NCBI GenBank assembly: GCA_002633005.1
Contig: NMRA01000028.1
Coordinates: forward strand, 460,606 to 524,605
Source of the DNA: Phoronis australis
Lineage: Eukaryota > Animalia > Phoronida
Direction: 5' to 3'
Length of the DNA stretch: 64,000 nucleotides
Part shown: positions 40,501 to 52,327 of the stretch, one piece after another
Position numbering within the stretch: the stretch's first letter is position 1
Layout of the letters: every line of letters begins with the position of its first letter
The notes under the pieces: model-generated
The model's input: the letters and a program-made list of their open reading frames with translations, nothing else
The model's database searches: none
What the model was told of the DNA's origin: nothing
Program-made: the position numbers and the translations under genes

Positions 40501-42349
40501 ACAACAGTCGATGCTTTTCAGCAAAAAATCTTACGTTCATGATGTGAGATTAAATAACTTATGGTCGAGGAAAAGTATTTCGGAGCCAGCGAAAATCCGA
40601 AAGAACCCACATGGCTCACTTCAGCTGACAAATTACTAGGCCACTGATTCCGTATGCTCATGTAAAGCTGAGTATGTACCATAAAGTTGTAACCATTTTT
40701 ACGATTCAATAGTTTTCAGGAAAATTTGAACAAAATCTGTTAAGATTCACCGATATTTTCATTCTGTCATCTGCTAAATTTCGCCAAATGAAAAGTAAGT
40801 CACAAAATGGCATTCCCCGAGTAAAGTAGGCCGAGTCGACAGAAGTAAGCACTGCTTATGTTTTTCTAATCTTTAGAGGGAAATGTTTTGGTTAAAAAAT
40901 CAGGTTCATAGCTCAAGAACACACTCATCTTTTCATGTCAAATAAATGCATGGAACTAATCGTAATCATTCCAGCATGTGCCGAGATAGAGGCGGCCAGA
41001 CGAGTGAAACTCTGGTTCAAAATCAGATAGACCTATACTATAACTACGTAACTGAAAGTACGTACCCAGAAACAAATATATTTGGGTTTAGGCTTCAAGT
41101 AATCAAGCAACACTGCCTAGTTCAGCTGCTCGTGTGGCTGTCCACAAGGTTTTATACATCGTTTACACCTGTAAGTGACGGGATATATTTCTGGAGCTGT
41201 ATAACGGCTGTCGGATGCTTTAGCTTAGCTACCACAATTTCTTGAGTTATAGAATAAAATAAGCTTTACCGGACAACGTGCCATTTCTCGGTAAAATGGA
41301 GGTTTGGAAATGCAGACGATGTTGTGTTAAGAGTGCTGGGTTCTGATTAGTCAGTTAAGCCGACAGTCAAATTCCTGGCGATAGGTCAATTAGGATGACT
41401 GGCGAATTATTCCAGTTCTACTTTTTGGAGCCCGTGACCTGTTGCTTGACACTTGCATAGTAGCTCGTGAAGACATCCGGGGAAATTCGTGTTCTTTAGA
41501 CTTTTTTCATGAAATGGTATGATTTCGCTTAACTTCCCCAAAATGGCTCTTAACGAGGGAAGCTTGAGCGGTTATCGAAAGGTTTCCATAGATATCTTAG
41601 AATTATGTTGACTAAATTTTCTTCTGATTCGAGGTGTGTGATAATTACAACACAATGGGTATACATGCGTGTTTCAACCGATGTTATCAGATTTTGAAAT
41701 GAATAACCCACGAACATCATAATACATCACATGATGTCTATGGAATAACATTTTACAGGGTATACCATCCTCCTTGGACGTCTACACAGGCAGTGTAACT
41801 GCCTACACTGGTCAAAGTCTGTATGAACTTTACATCAGTTCTCTTATACCCCTCAGTCAAACAGAAGTTTACGTACTCATGCGAACGTCATTGTCGGCAA
41901 GTTGCAGAAATGAGGTGAATTTTGTGTAAAGAATAATTGGGAGTTGGAGATAAAGTTAAGTTATTCCAGTGTTAAAGTTTCAGCGAACAAAGACAAGAAT
42001 ATTAAAATATGTTAACAATATACAATGTCATATTTTCATCAATGGGTGATTGTCAAAAAGGGCCTCCGGATATAATAAAATTCACAGTCAATTTTTATTT
42101 CGTCAATTTTAAAAAATATACGCCCGTACATTCTTAATAATTTCACCGTTCATGTTCTTGTTCGTTGTTCATTTTCTAATACAAAACTTAAAGAATAAAA
42201 ACGTTTGACAATGATCGTCACAAGAATTACATTTTCTAGTAGAAAAATGAGTTTTGATGACTTGTCACCATCCTGCATTCATTCATTTGCATAAAGATTT
42301 AATAAAAACGAAAATGTAACTTCATGCACAATTATATTACACCATCATT

Positions 42350-42386
42350 CTAATTTAGAAGACCATCATACTGAAGTCTATAAAAC
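42350..42386 (+). promoter_or_regulatory. Putative core promoter with TATA box, copy B
   Basis: Same 36-bp block; TATAAAA 42379-42385; candidate donor gttagc at 42456. Confidence 0.55.
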
Positions 42387-42590
42387 CATCGTTGGTTTGC
42401 GAATAAAGCGACAGAACAGCCTTTGATTCTGACTGCTTTGAAGTTTCTACTACTGGTTAGCATATACAAGTTTTGTTGTTTACACTCCCAAAGATTTGAA
42501 TACCTGGCGATATCTCTCTTGATCTACGTTTTATTGAATACGGTTATGAAGATTTGAATAAACCGTTTCTATTTTGTTTTCTAGGTAACC

Positions 42591-42637
42591 ATGAAGAACG
42601 TGGTGATTTTCCTCACTTTGTTGGTAGCAACTGCCAT
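42591..42637 (+). CDS. Secreted prepropeptide gene copy B, first coding exon (MKNVVIFLTLLVATA)
   Basis: Acceptor ends 42584, ATG 42591, donor gtaagt 42638; paralog of 24338-24384. Confidence 0.8.
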
Positions 42638-42649
42638 GTAAGTATCTAT

Positions 42650-44660
42650 GTTGTAACTCCATTTTGTGCACAAAATTCGCCTTGGCGAGACTAGGTGTTG
42701 TAAGTATCATAGACTTCTTGATCAACCTGGAAGCTCGGGAATGTGTCTGAAGTTGATAGTAAATGTGTATTCTTGACCACTGAGGAGTCATGTCTTGGAT
42801 ACCACGTATTGGTGCTGATGTCATCCATCCATTGCCAGAGAAAGCACGTGCCATCCTTGATGCACCAGCTCCACGAAATGTTACAGATTTTCAATCATTC
42901 TTCGTAATGTTGGACTATTATTCTCAGATCATTGGGAACCATGCAACGTAGTTGGTCCCGTTGCACAGGTTGTTTCACAAACAGACTAAATGGTGTTGAG
43001 GTAATGTCCAGAATTGTTTGTTTGTAGAGGCGAAGTGGGTAATTGGATCTGCACCAGTGCTTGTTCACTTTGAGCCGTGTAAGGACATGGTAATGGCCTG
43101 CGATGCGTCACCTTATGGCTAAGGTTCGGCTTTGTGCCAAAAATGAACTGTAGGCCAGGAAAGACCCATAGAATTTGCTTCCCACACACTTTCTCCTACA
43201 GAGCACCTTCCTTGGGAAAGTAAATATATGGCTGAGATTACTTCCACTACAATGCAGCGTTGGGCAATGACGCTGTCATCCTACAATTATAAGTCAGTGT
43301 GTCGTCCCGGCAAACACAATCGATTCTCTCAGTAGATTTAATTGTCTGTAACAAATAAGGAGGTTCACACACCTATGCCAGGTGTTACAATTCACCCAGT
43401 CCAGCATCTGGTATGCAAGCAATCGTATATTAGACGTTGAACTGAAACCGACCGTGTATTGTCAGTAGTTTTGTTGTTTATGACTGGTTGGCCAGAAAGG
43501 GTAAGACAAAGAATACTAACCGTATTTTGTTCGTAGAAACGAGTTGAGTACTCAGGACGGCATGTTACTCTGGGGTTCTCGTGTAGTAATTCCCCAACTT
43601 GGTCGCAATAACTTCCTCAGTGAGTTACACGACATTCACATTGGTACGTTACGCATGATGCCGTATGCTTGAGTATATGTTTGGTGTCCCATGTTGTATG
43701 CTGATATCGATATCTACTTGTGTTCCCTGCCAAAAAGAGAGGAAAGCTCTGACATGCATCCTCTAGGGATTGGCCTCATCGACCGTGGACTCGCGTTCAT
43801 GTTGATCACCTAGGCCCTTTTTGGTTGCTACTTGCCCATTTGAAATGGATTTAACTGCACGAAGTGAATTCGTCATTTTCTAAGACAACCATGTATAAGC
43901 TTCGTTGCTCTTTTTCGACACATGGTCTCCCTGTGTTGCTTATTTCTGACGATGACACTTCGTTCAGTAGTGAAGAAGTTAATGTGTTTTGTCCTCAGAA
44001 GGACATTAAGTAGGCCTACGTAACGTAAGCTACGTAAGCCTACTACCGTTCCACAAACGATCCAGAGCATAACGTGCTGTGCCTACTGACCGCGGAATGC
44101 CCGGTGCATTAAAAATGCAATCAAGTGGTTTTCAGACTAAATCAATTGTTTTTTAACTCCGTTATCGCAAGTCTCCGTACGCATTCACAGGTAGGAGTCC
44201 AGCAGAATTGCTTATGAAACGTCGATTACAAGAGCGTATATCTCGCATGTTCCCAGACCTGTGTCATATACTGCTAGGCTCTTTGATGGCACTATTGACA
44301 GACGATTCGTCGCCGCTGCGAACAACCTCCCATGGTTATTGATCTACGTCCGACGATTACATAACCACCTCCTGAGGTTGCAAGTCCGGTTTTTGTGGTT
44401 CAGTTAGCCTCAACTGTTGATATCGAGTCTCCTGGCTCCGCTGTTTCCGGTTGTGTAGAGCGAGGTCATTCTTGAATCGTTTGGAACATGGTGGATGGGT
44501 GCACTTTACGGGGTTCTGTTTGAGTATCTCACAATCTAGATGACTTAGATTTCTAAATATAGTCTTGCTCCTATGGTTTAGTATTAGGAGCTTGTTAGTT
44601 TACGGAAGACTTTAGTGTTTTTCCGGCTACGTCTCAACTAAGGGGTAAAAATTTTATAGC
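42650..44660 (+). mobile_element. Decayed Ty3/Gypsy pol fragment, paralogous copy in gene B intron
   Basis: Collinear with 24400-26605 with the same motifs and different deletions. Confidence 0.9.
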
Positions 44661-44796
44661 CTGGTACTTCACTGAATATGTATTGCATGAGCACATAATT
44701 ATACAAACGTCTCAATTTACCAAAGACCATCAATGAATGGAATGCAGTTTGTCAGTTAAGGTTATGATCATTGAATCATATTTGTTTTCACTGTAG

Positions 44797-44931
44797 TGTC
44801 GTTGACGCTTTTACTGCCGGGGGAGGTGGTAATGTCCCTGGAGCGCAAATTGCTCGGAGCGCAGAGGCCGACATGGATTCACTGATCAGTACTCTAGAAA
44901 CAGACGATCTGAACGTCAAACATGAAAAGAG
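44797..44931 (+). CDS. Secreted prepropeptide gene copy B, second coding exon ((I)VVDA-FTAGGGGNVPGAQIARSAEADMDSLISTLETDDLNVKHEK)
   Basis: Acceptor ttttcactgtag, donor gttagt; 135 nt; paralog of 26744-26878. Confidence 0.85.
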
Positions 44932-45436
44932 GTTAGTTGACTTTTGTAAATGTATACGTTTTTATGACATAAAGTACTTGTAACCTGCGGCAGTCTTTGT
45001 GCACGGTACCCCCATCACCTTAAAAGGGAAGCTTTTTAGCTTCTGTTTCTCAGTAGCCATAGTTCTTGCCGGTGATGATAAGTGCATCCTGTATTGTAAA
45101 AGGAACAATCCCTGGATATCCAGAAAAGCTCGCATAGCTGTCATTCTTCCTGCTGCATTTTGGCAAGAATTTATGACTTTCGTTTCTTTTATGAGAGTCC
45201 TGAGAGTTACAGACCACTTGCTTTCAAATGCCTTGCCCGCACCCAGGGGAATTCAGGGGGCTCGAACGAAGCGAGCAAAAAAGTCCGCCTCACAGAAACA
45301 AAAACTCCGAAAGAAGTAGAAATCTACACAAGAGTCCACTAATGAGTCAGGAACCAATAAAATTCGACAAATGAAGAATTCATGACTCTGAACCTATCCC
45401 GTGAATTTTTTTTCTTCGAAAAAGTCCACATTCTCA

Positions 45437-46828
45437 AAAATCCGAACCCTCATTTTAGGCTGAATTTTGTGCTTTTGAACAGGTTTGCCTATACGTTTTG
45501 TCTTTTTTGTCACACTATTTGTGGTTGCTGTTATTTTAAAACCATTTTGTGCTGTGATGACGTCAGCTGGATGTATATTGCATTGAAAGTTTTGCTATGG
45601 AACTTTAATAAATATTTTTGGTTTTCAGGGAAACGTCGAATTGAGAAAAGAAGCAAGCTGTTGGAAATTCAATATTGTTTCCCAGATCTTCAGCAATAAA
45701 AGATTTGTTATCTAGTTGTTAGCGAAATATTTTGCAGATAGGCATATCAATTTACGTTCATATCACTGACTAATTCAGATTTGCGTGATTGTGAACAATA
45801 TTGGGGGGAGAAAATAATTTTGCACCCTCCGTTCCAAAATATCACATTTCTTCCTAGCTGTACCACTTCTCAACCTCCCCCATGTCGTTAACCCTCTCAC
45901 CCGCCACACGGGTGCGGGCTTTGCTGTTGGGGAGACAAACCTTGTGTTTCAATAAAATTTCACGTTCAAGGGTAACCTTTACTTGCATTAGGCATTTCTG
46001 GCAAGAGTTTCGTCTTTACGGAATATAACTCACTTTATTGGGGTGCCAAAACATGTAATGCCAAATGCACCCAAACCTTTCTTTTAGGAGGTAGATTCCA
46101 CACTACTTGTCCACTCCGTTAAAAGCAAAATTATCACGTNAAAATCCGAACCCCCATTTTAGGCTGAATTTTGTGCTTTTGAACAGGTTTGCCTATACGT
46201 TTTGTCTTTTTTGTCACACTATTTGTGGTTGCATTTTGTGCTGTGATGACGTCAGCTGGATGTATATTGCATTGAAAGTTTTGCTATGGAACTTTAATAA
46301 ATATTTTTGGTTTTCAGGGAAACGTCGAATTGAGAAAAGAAGCAAGCTGTTTGAAATTCAATATTGTTTCCCAGATCTTCAGCAATAAAAGATTTGTTAT
46401 CTAGTTGTTAGCGAAATATTTTGCAGATAGGCATATCAATTTACGTTCATATCACTGACTAATTCAGATTTGCGTGATTGTGAACAATATTGGGAGGAGA
46501 AAATAATTTTGCACCCTCCGTTCCAAAATATCACATTTCTTCCTAGCTGTACCACTTCTCAACCTCCCCCATGTCGTTAACCCTCTCACCCGCCACACGG
46601 GTGCGGGCTTTGCTGTTGGGGAGACAAACCTTGTGTTTCAATAAAATTTCACGTTCAAGGGTAACCTTTACTTGCATTAGGCATTTCTGGCAAGAGTTTC
46701 GTCTTTACGGAATATAACTCACTTTATTGGGGTGCCAAAACATGTAATGCCAAATGCACCCAAACCTTTCTTTTAGGAGGTAGATTCCACACTACTTGTC
46801 CACTCCGTTAAAAGCAAAATTATCACGT
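45437..46828 (+). other. Near-identical ~0.7-kb tandem duplication across the single N at 46140, probable assembly/haplotype artefact
   Basis: 45437-46139 is repeated at 46141-46828; unit A has only one copy. Confidence 0.8.
45629..45644 (+). CDS. Secreted prepropeptide gene copy B, probable last coding exon ((R)ETSN*)
   Basis: Acceptor tttttggttttcag, stop TGA, AATAAA at 45695-45700. Confidence 0.6.
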
Positions 46829-46944
46829 GGACCAGTACCCGTTTAAATTGTTGGTTACGTGACGGAGGTTTCAAATACTTTAGACCTGAGAGTAACTCGT
46901 AGGGTTACTGCGTGCAATTAAATACACAGAAAATGAGCATATAA

Positions 46945-48431
46945 CAGGTGTCCCAAAAATGGAGCCATTTTTACAAGTAGTCTCTCAGCAACGTATAAAC
47001 GTATTTTTTTCAAATTTTTTATAGATGAATCTGAGGATGTCGTTCAACAGATGTACAAAATGTAAAAGACATTTGTATCCATTTCTTCAAGTACTGTCAA
47101 ATTAAAAACATCATGTCAAAAAATAAAATATCAAAGAGAAGCTATGCTCAAAGTGGCCTACATTTTCCTGCACGACATCTCCAATCAGAAATGCTTTCCC
47201 TTATTTTTTCTCCATCGACATTTCCTCTCATGACACAATTATCCTGTCCTTAAACTCCTACTCTGCCAATTTGCCTCTCATTCCCCGGTAAACTTTCTCC
47301 TTCAGAGAGTTCTATACAGCACAGTGCATTGGATTGCAGTCAAGGATAAGCGAGGACCACTCATTCTTTTTGATGAATTTTGGTGTGGCCTCCTCCAGAT
47401 GATCTTGCTCGTGTGTGAAGGAGTCAAACCTTCCTGAAACACGTAATTGTTTCCAGGACAAGGTCGTCTGCAATCCCTGAGAAGATTTTCATCCAATAAC
47501 TGCATGTAGGGTTGACTATTAACTTTGGACCTATAAAATAAATATTTGTCTTTCCTTCCCAATATACTCCAACGGAAAGCATTACATTTTTGAAAAATCT
47601 GGAAGCGTCATGGTAGAGTCGAGAAGGCTCAATTTCTCGTTTTCGTTTCCCATCAACACGATGGTATACGCGATTTTTAGCAATTTCTAACGTAAAGTCT
47701 TTTTCATCGGTGAAAATGGTTATTTTCACATCAGTGGCTGAACGGCAGTCATGCAAGTAGCGGCACCGAGTTTTTCTTTTCCTTCCAAAATTTTGATCTC
47801 TCCGTGATACCCAAATTCTTTTGAAGAGTTTTAACTCTTGGTTTTTGGCCATTCTTTGCACAGAAAACTTGCTCTTGTAAATCCCCTGCGGCTTCTCTCA
47901 GAGATTTGTGATTCCCCGGAATGTCCTCCTGGGATTGAGTTAGTTCCTCTACACCATCCTCGTTTTCTTTCGAACTTAGTTGCAGTCTTAGGTCTCCCAC
48001 TGCCACTGTTATTTTAGCAATAAATCTATTTACAGTCGCACGACTCCACCTTTTTTTCAGGGAACTCCCTAACGATTCTTCTTCCGCTCCACCCTTTCTC
48101 GTTGAAACAGAGTTCAATTGTAAACTGATCACTTTCACTCAAAGGCACCCATACAAAACGGAATCTGACAATAAAAAATAGACTTGAGACCCAGGCAGGC
48201 ATCTTTCTGACTGACAGATGCCAGCACAGCATGAACACGATGAGAGCCACAGTGTTATTACAGTTTCACCCGCTGTTTTGAATTTCAACGTACTTCCATA
48301 ATTTTTTCTATTACTCTAAACTAATTTGTAAGACTTGTTGATGACACATTGTGAATATTTTTAACGGATGCGGTTCATCAATTGCTGAGAAATTGATCGT
48401 CAAAAAGTAGCTCACATTTTTAGGACACCTA
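46945..48431 (-). mobile_element. DD37D (maT)-like element, uninterrupted paralogous copy, transposase frameshifted
   Basis: TIRs at both ends; ORF pieces GWSGRRIVREFP, WSRATVNRFIAKI, IFTDEKDF, VMLSVGVYWEGKT, YVFQE. Confidence 0.9.
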
Positions 48432-51324
48432 ATATAATCTTAAAATTAGGTAGACGGGATATCGGCTGGGTAACTTCCGTTATAATTTCGTGCGTTTCGG
48501 AGAGCGATGTTAAGATTCTGTTTATTAGGGTCCAGTTTGGTAGAGATTTCACTTTAATAGGATTTAATCAGTGAGCCCTGAGACGCAGAAGCTTTAAAAA
48601 AGGTTCGGGAGTACTTCCATCTGGCAACTTTATTTTGACGTTTTCCAGCTCATTCATAGGTGCACTTTTCAAATGTACAAAGTTGAAATTTAGAGTCCGA
48701 GTACAATAGTACGTTGTTTGACAAAAGTATTGTTTCAGGTATTCTAACAGAGGCACTTAAAGTACACTGATGGTCACATTTAACGTCGACTTTGACGATG
48801 AGGGCCACAGAGGAGTCAACTGAACAGAAAAATTCAATTTTGTTAAATTCTACCCCCTCGTCCGCCTACAGTTTACTCCCTTGGCCTTCTACGGCCTTTC
48901 TCTGCATTGAGGTAAAACGTCATTTACAATAACGCTTTTTGAAACAGTGAGGGGATTGAAACCCGAGAAAATGCGCAGGGAGCGCAGTCGTGTTATCAAA
49001 TATTCATTGATAAAGGTAACAGGCCAAAAATTAAATATTGATATCCGTTTACCTAGTAATTAGATATTTAATTTGTACCCACAAATTGCTCATTTTAGTC
49101 AATTGCAGTGTTCCAATGTTTCAACAGTTATACAAAGATATAACGAATATTGCTTGTGAAGTTGATTTTCTATAACCATGTATTCATAATGTTGTTCGTG
49201 GCACAAACGCGTTCAGAGTTATTTTTCTTAAACGTTGTTTCGGTAACAAATTGTGTTTTTTAAGCATTGTTTGCGAAAAACGTACTCCTATGGAGATCTG
49301 TGTGCGCTTTGTATTTAATGAAACAACTGAAATTGGTTAAGCGCGAAAATGTTTAATGCCTGTTTAACTGTCAACGTTGAATTCTTAACAGAAACGCTTT
49401 GAGATTTAAAACATTACCACAATCATTCGATGTAGAATTATTGTCGAATAAGCTGGCAAGTTAAGTCATTTTCAGTACGCAATTTTAGGGCTGGCCAGCC
49501 CCAATACACTTTGAAGTGCCTTAATGAGTCGCTGGTGGTAACGGAATTCATGGAAAGAGTACTTGAGACCGACGTCATGAGAGCAAAAGGCCTAATTCAG
49601 TTTCCGCATTTTACCTTGATAAACGTTCAAATATATCAATAACATTTAAATTTAGACGTAAGTTCCTCACATCATATGGATCTTGCTTAAGAATCGTGTA
49701 ATTTCCATCGGATTCATCTGTTTTTACTGTCTAATTAAGTGGCTAAATCCGTTGCATCAGTGACAGGTGAATAAAACAACACAATCTTTCAACGAGCTTT
49801 CAACTTTATTGAAATCGGAATGCTTCCAAACAAATTACACCCACGTCCTGCAATTTTCTTCACGTTGGTATTATTTCGTGATTGTCTGAAAAGAAAAAAG
49901 ATGAAAGTTTCTGGTAAGATCCAATATTTGACGTTCCTCCGTCCTACATTGTCCCATTGTAATATACGAACTTATAGACACGTGTTACGCGCAATATTCA
50001 GCATTAACTACATAAGCTAACATTAGTGTCACCAGTCGATTAGAGCGACGTCTTTCGTGAAAATTAATATTCAGTTCATTTCCTCAAACGTTTCGACCAC
50101 ACTTTTAATTTAGAAAGTCAGCTAACCGGGTAAGCTTGACTTACGCTTCAGTCCACTCACCAACAACTATAATGACCATTTTGTGACGCAGTGAATATTT
50201 GTTTCAGTGGAATCTACTTTTATCGCTCAAGTGGGACACCAATTTTGATTACCAAGGGAGAGACCTATCGTAGGATTCGATGAAATCATCAAACCAGGGT
50301 TTAGCATCCTTTTAAAGTGAGGAGTTTAAAACTGACAAACATTAGCCAGACGTTAGTGATAACACAAAATAAACAAATGCTATTAAAGTGGCATCATTCA
50401 CAGTAGTTCTCAGCCACTGAAACTGTTCACCTGGTATTTTTACGGTTTGTTCGTGAAGATTTTTGGATTTCTGTTGATGTCAAATCATTTTTCTTTTAGT
50501 TTCAAATTTCAAAGATGCGGTCCGTCAACTGCTCGTCAATTCGCCTACTTTTCTGCCACACGGCAATACACGTCTCCGTATTTTGTGTGTCAAGATATAG
50601 GCGAAGCGCATTTCCGTTGTACGGAAAATGTGGCCTTTTACCTTTGAGGTATACAAAACAATGGCGATTTGAAGCAGCAGCCAGTCCGACTTCTTTGAGC
50701 ACAGGCACGCATTATGTATTATAAGGGGTCGAGAATTTGAAAACTGTATTGATATAAAAGAGTTTCTATTTCGTCTTTGTTTCAAAAATAATGAATCTGA
50801 CAATTTTTTTCTAGTCTTGATACTCTGGCAATATTCAAAGTGAATAACTCTGACGTTTAATCTGTTGGACGTAGAGTCACCATGATCTACTTAAAAGACA
50901 CTTTTACGAGTGTTTGCGTTCCGTGCCTCTCAATGGATTAACAAAAAAGCAAAACAGAATGTCATACGCAAGACTAGTAGTCGTACAAGATTTGTTGTTT
51001 AAAGTGCTGTTAACAAACTCCGGTTTTTTTCGTATTAATGACCAGTGCTAAGAGACTCCAGTTTTCGTATACGACTTCGCAACTACGACTTCTTAGCTTG
51101 ACAAGTCGTACCATTAACTCACCTCTCCACACGCTCCGATTGACTGTACACAACAGTCGTGTACGACTAATGAATGTGTGTAAACAGGACTAAGCTACTG
51201 TACGTCTTCGGTACCCATCTAATTATTATGAGTTTCCTACATAGCAATGCTTTTACGGTGTAATGTTCATTTTCAATTTCTCGGCAATCAGTTGCTAACA
51301 AGATAACTTATTTTTAGTAGAACG

Positions 51325-51631
51325 GGCCCTCCATTTGACGAAGTGGGCAAAAATTTCATCATCAGTCCTTAAGACCAATAATAGGACAATTTGCAGGGCA
51401 GCGAAAATTCCGCTCAGTACACCCTTGCCAGAACAGGCGTCTATAATTATTCTTTTTCCTCGGACAATAAGAGACTGGTCACTTCTTCTCCAGTTTATAA
51501 CCAATACCGCAACAACTGATTCATTTAAATCTCAAGTTGCAGTCTTCGTGCGTGTTGGAACACCGAGCACTTCCACCATTGGCGTGATGATATCAACCTT
51601 AAGTTTGCCGATTAGAAAACAAGACAAGACC
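51325..51631 (+). mobile_element. LINE 3' fragment
   Basis: YNYSFFPRTIRDW motif and short (caaga)n tail. Confidence 0.8.
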
Positions 51632-51652
51632 TGAAGTGTGTCATATTTCGAT

Positions 51653-52327
51653 TTATATGCGCTAACTGCGCAGCGATACCGAAGCTAGTTTACAGTGAAA
51701 CAACACGTGTAGTTGAGATAAAATGTCATATATATTATGACAAACTAAACTACTGCAGATATCTATAATTACAAAAGTTATATAACATGTTGAACTGAAA
51801 AGGTGGGTGACAATCTGCCAAGCACTAATGAAGGTATACACAAGTGGTGAATAGTAAGTTAAGAAACAATATGCGGAAGCATAACAGCAACACCGGGACA
51901 GCGACATGTGAAATTTGAGCATAACAGAGAAAGAAAGAAAATTGGTTTGAGGGAGGGAGGGAAAGAGAAATTGAGTGAAAAATGACAGTTGGAGGAATTG
52001 TGGACGATGGCCCAGTGTTGCGACAAGACAAAGAGATCACGTGGTACAATTGAACCAATAATCGTAGAACAAAGAGAGTCACTGACCTGAGAATCCAAGC
52101 AATATGATAATGAGGACGAAGCAGTATATCTTACATAAAATAATTTAATACTTAAATAATTTTTATATGCGCTAACTGCGAAGCGATACCGAAGCTAGTT
52201 TACAGTGAAACAACACGTGCAGTTGAGATAAAAGGTCATATATATTATGACAAACTAAACTACTACAGATATCAGTAATTACAAAAGTTATATAACATGT
52301 TGAACTGTAAAGGTGGGTGACAATCTG
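51653..52327. repeat. Two ~165-bp direct repeats (51653-51817, 52163-52327) with a spacer that recurs inverted at ~8370-8670
   Basis: Near-identical ttatatgcgctaactgcg...gggtgacaatctg blocks. Confidence 0.85.

Larger units (their letters stand above)
36100..51310 (+). repeat. Segmental duplication unit B
   Basis: Collinear direct paralog of unit A. Confidence 0.95.

Noticed and set aside
39512-40854. hAT-like element bounded by cagtgctt / aagcactg
   Set aside because: No target-site duplication, and part of the interior is homologous to unit C, so the boundaries are not credible.
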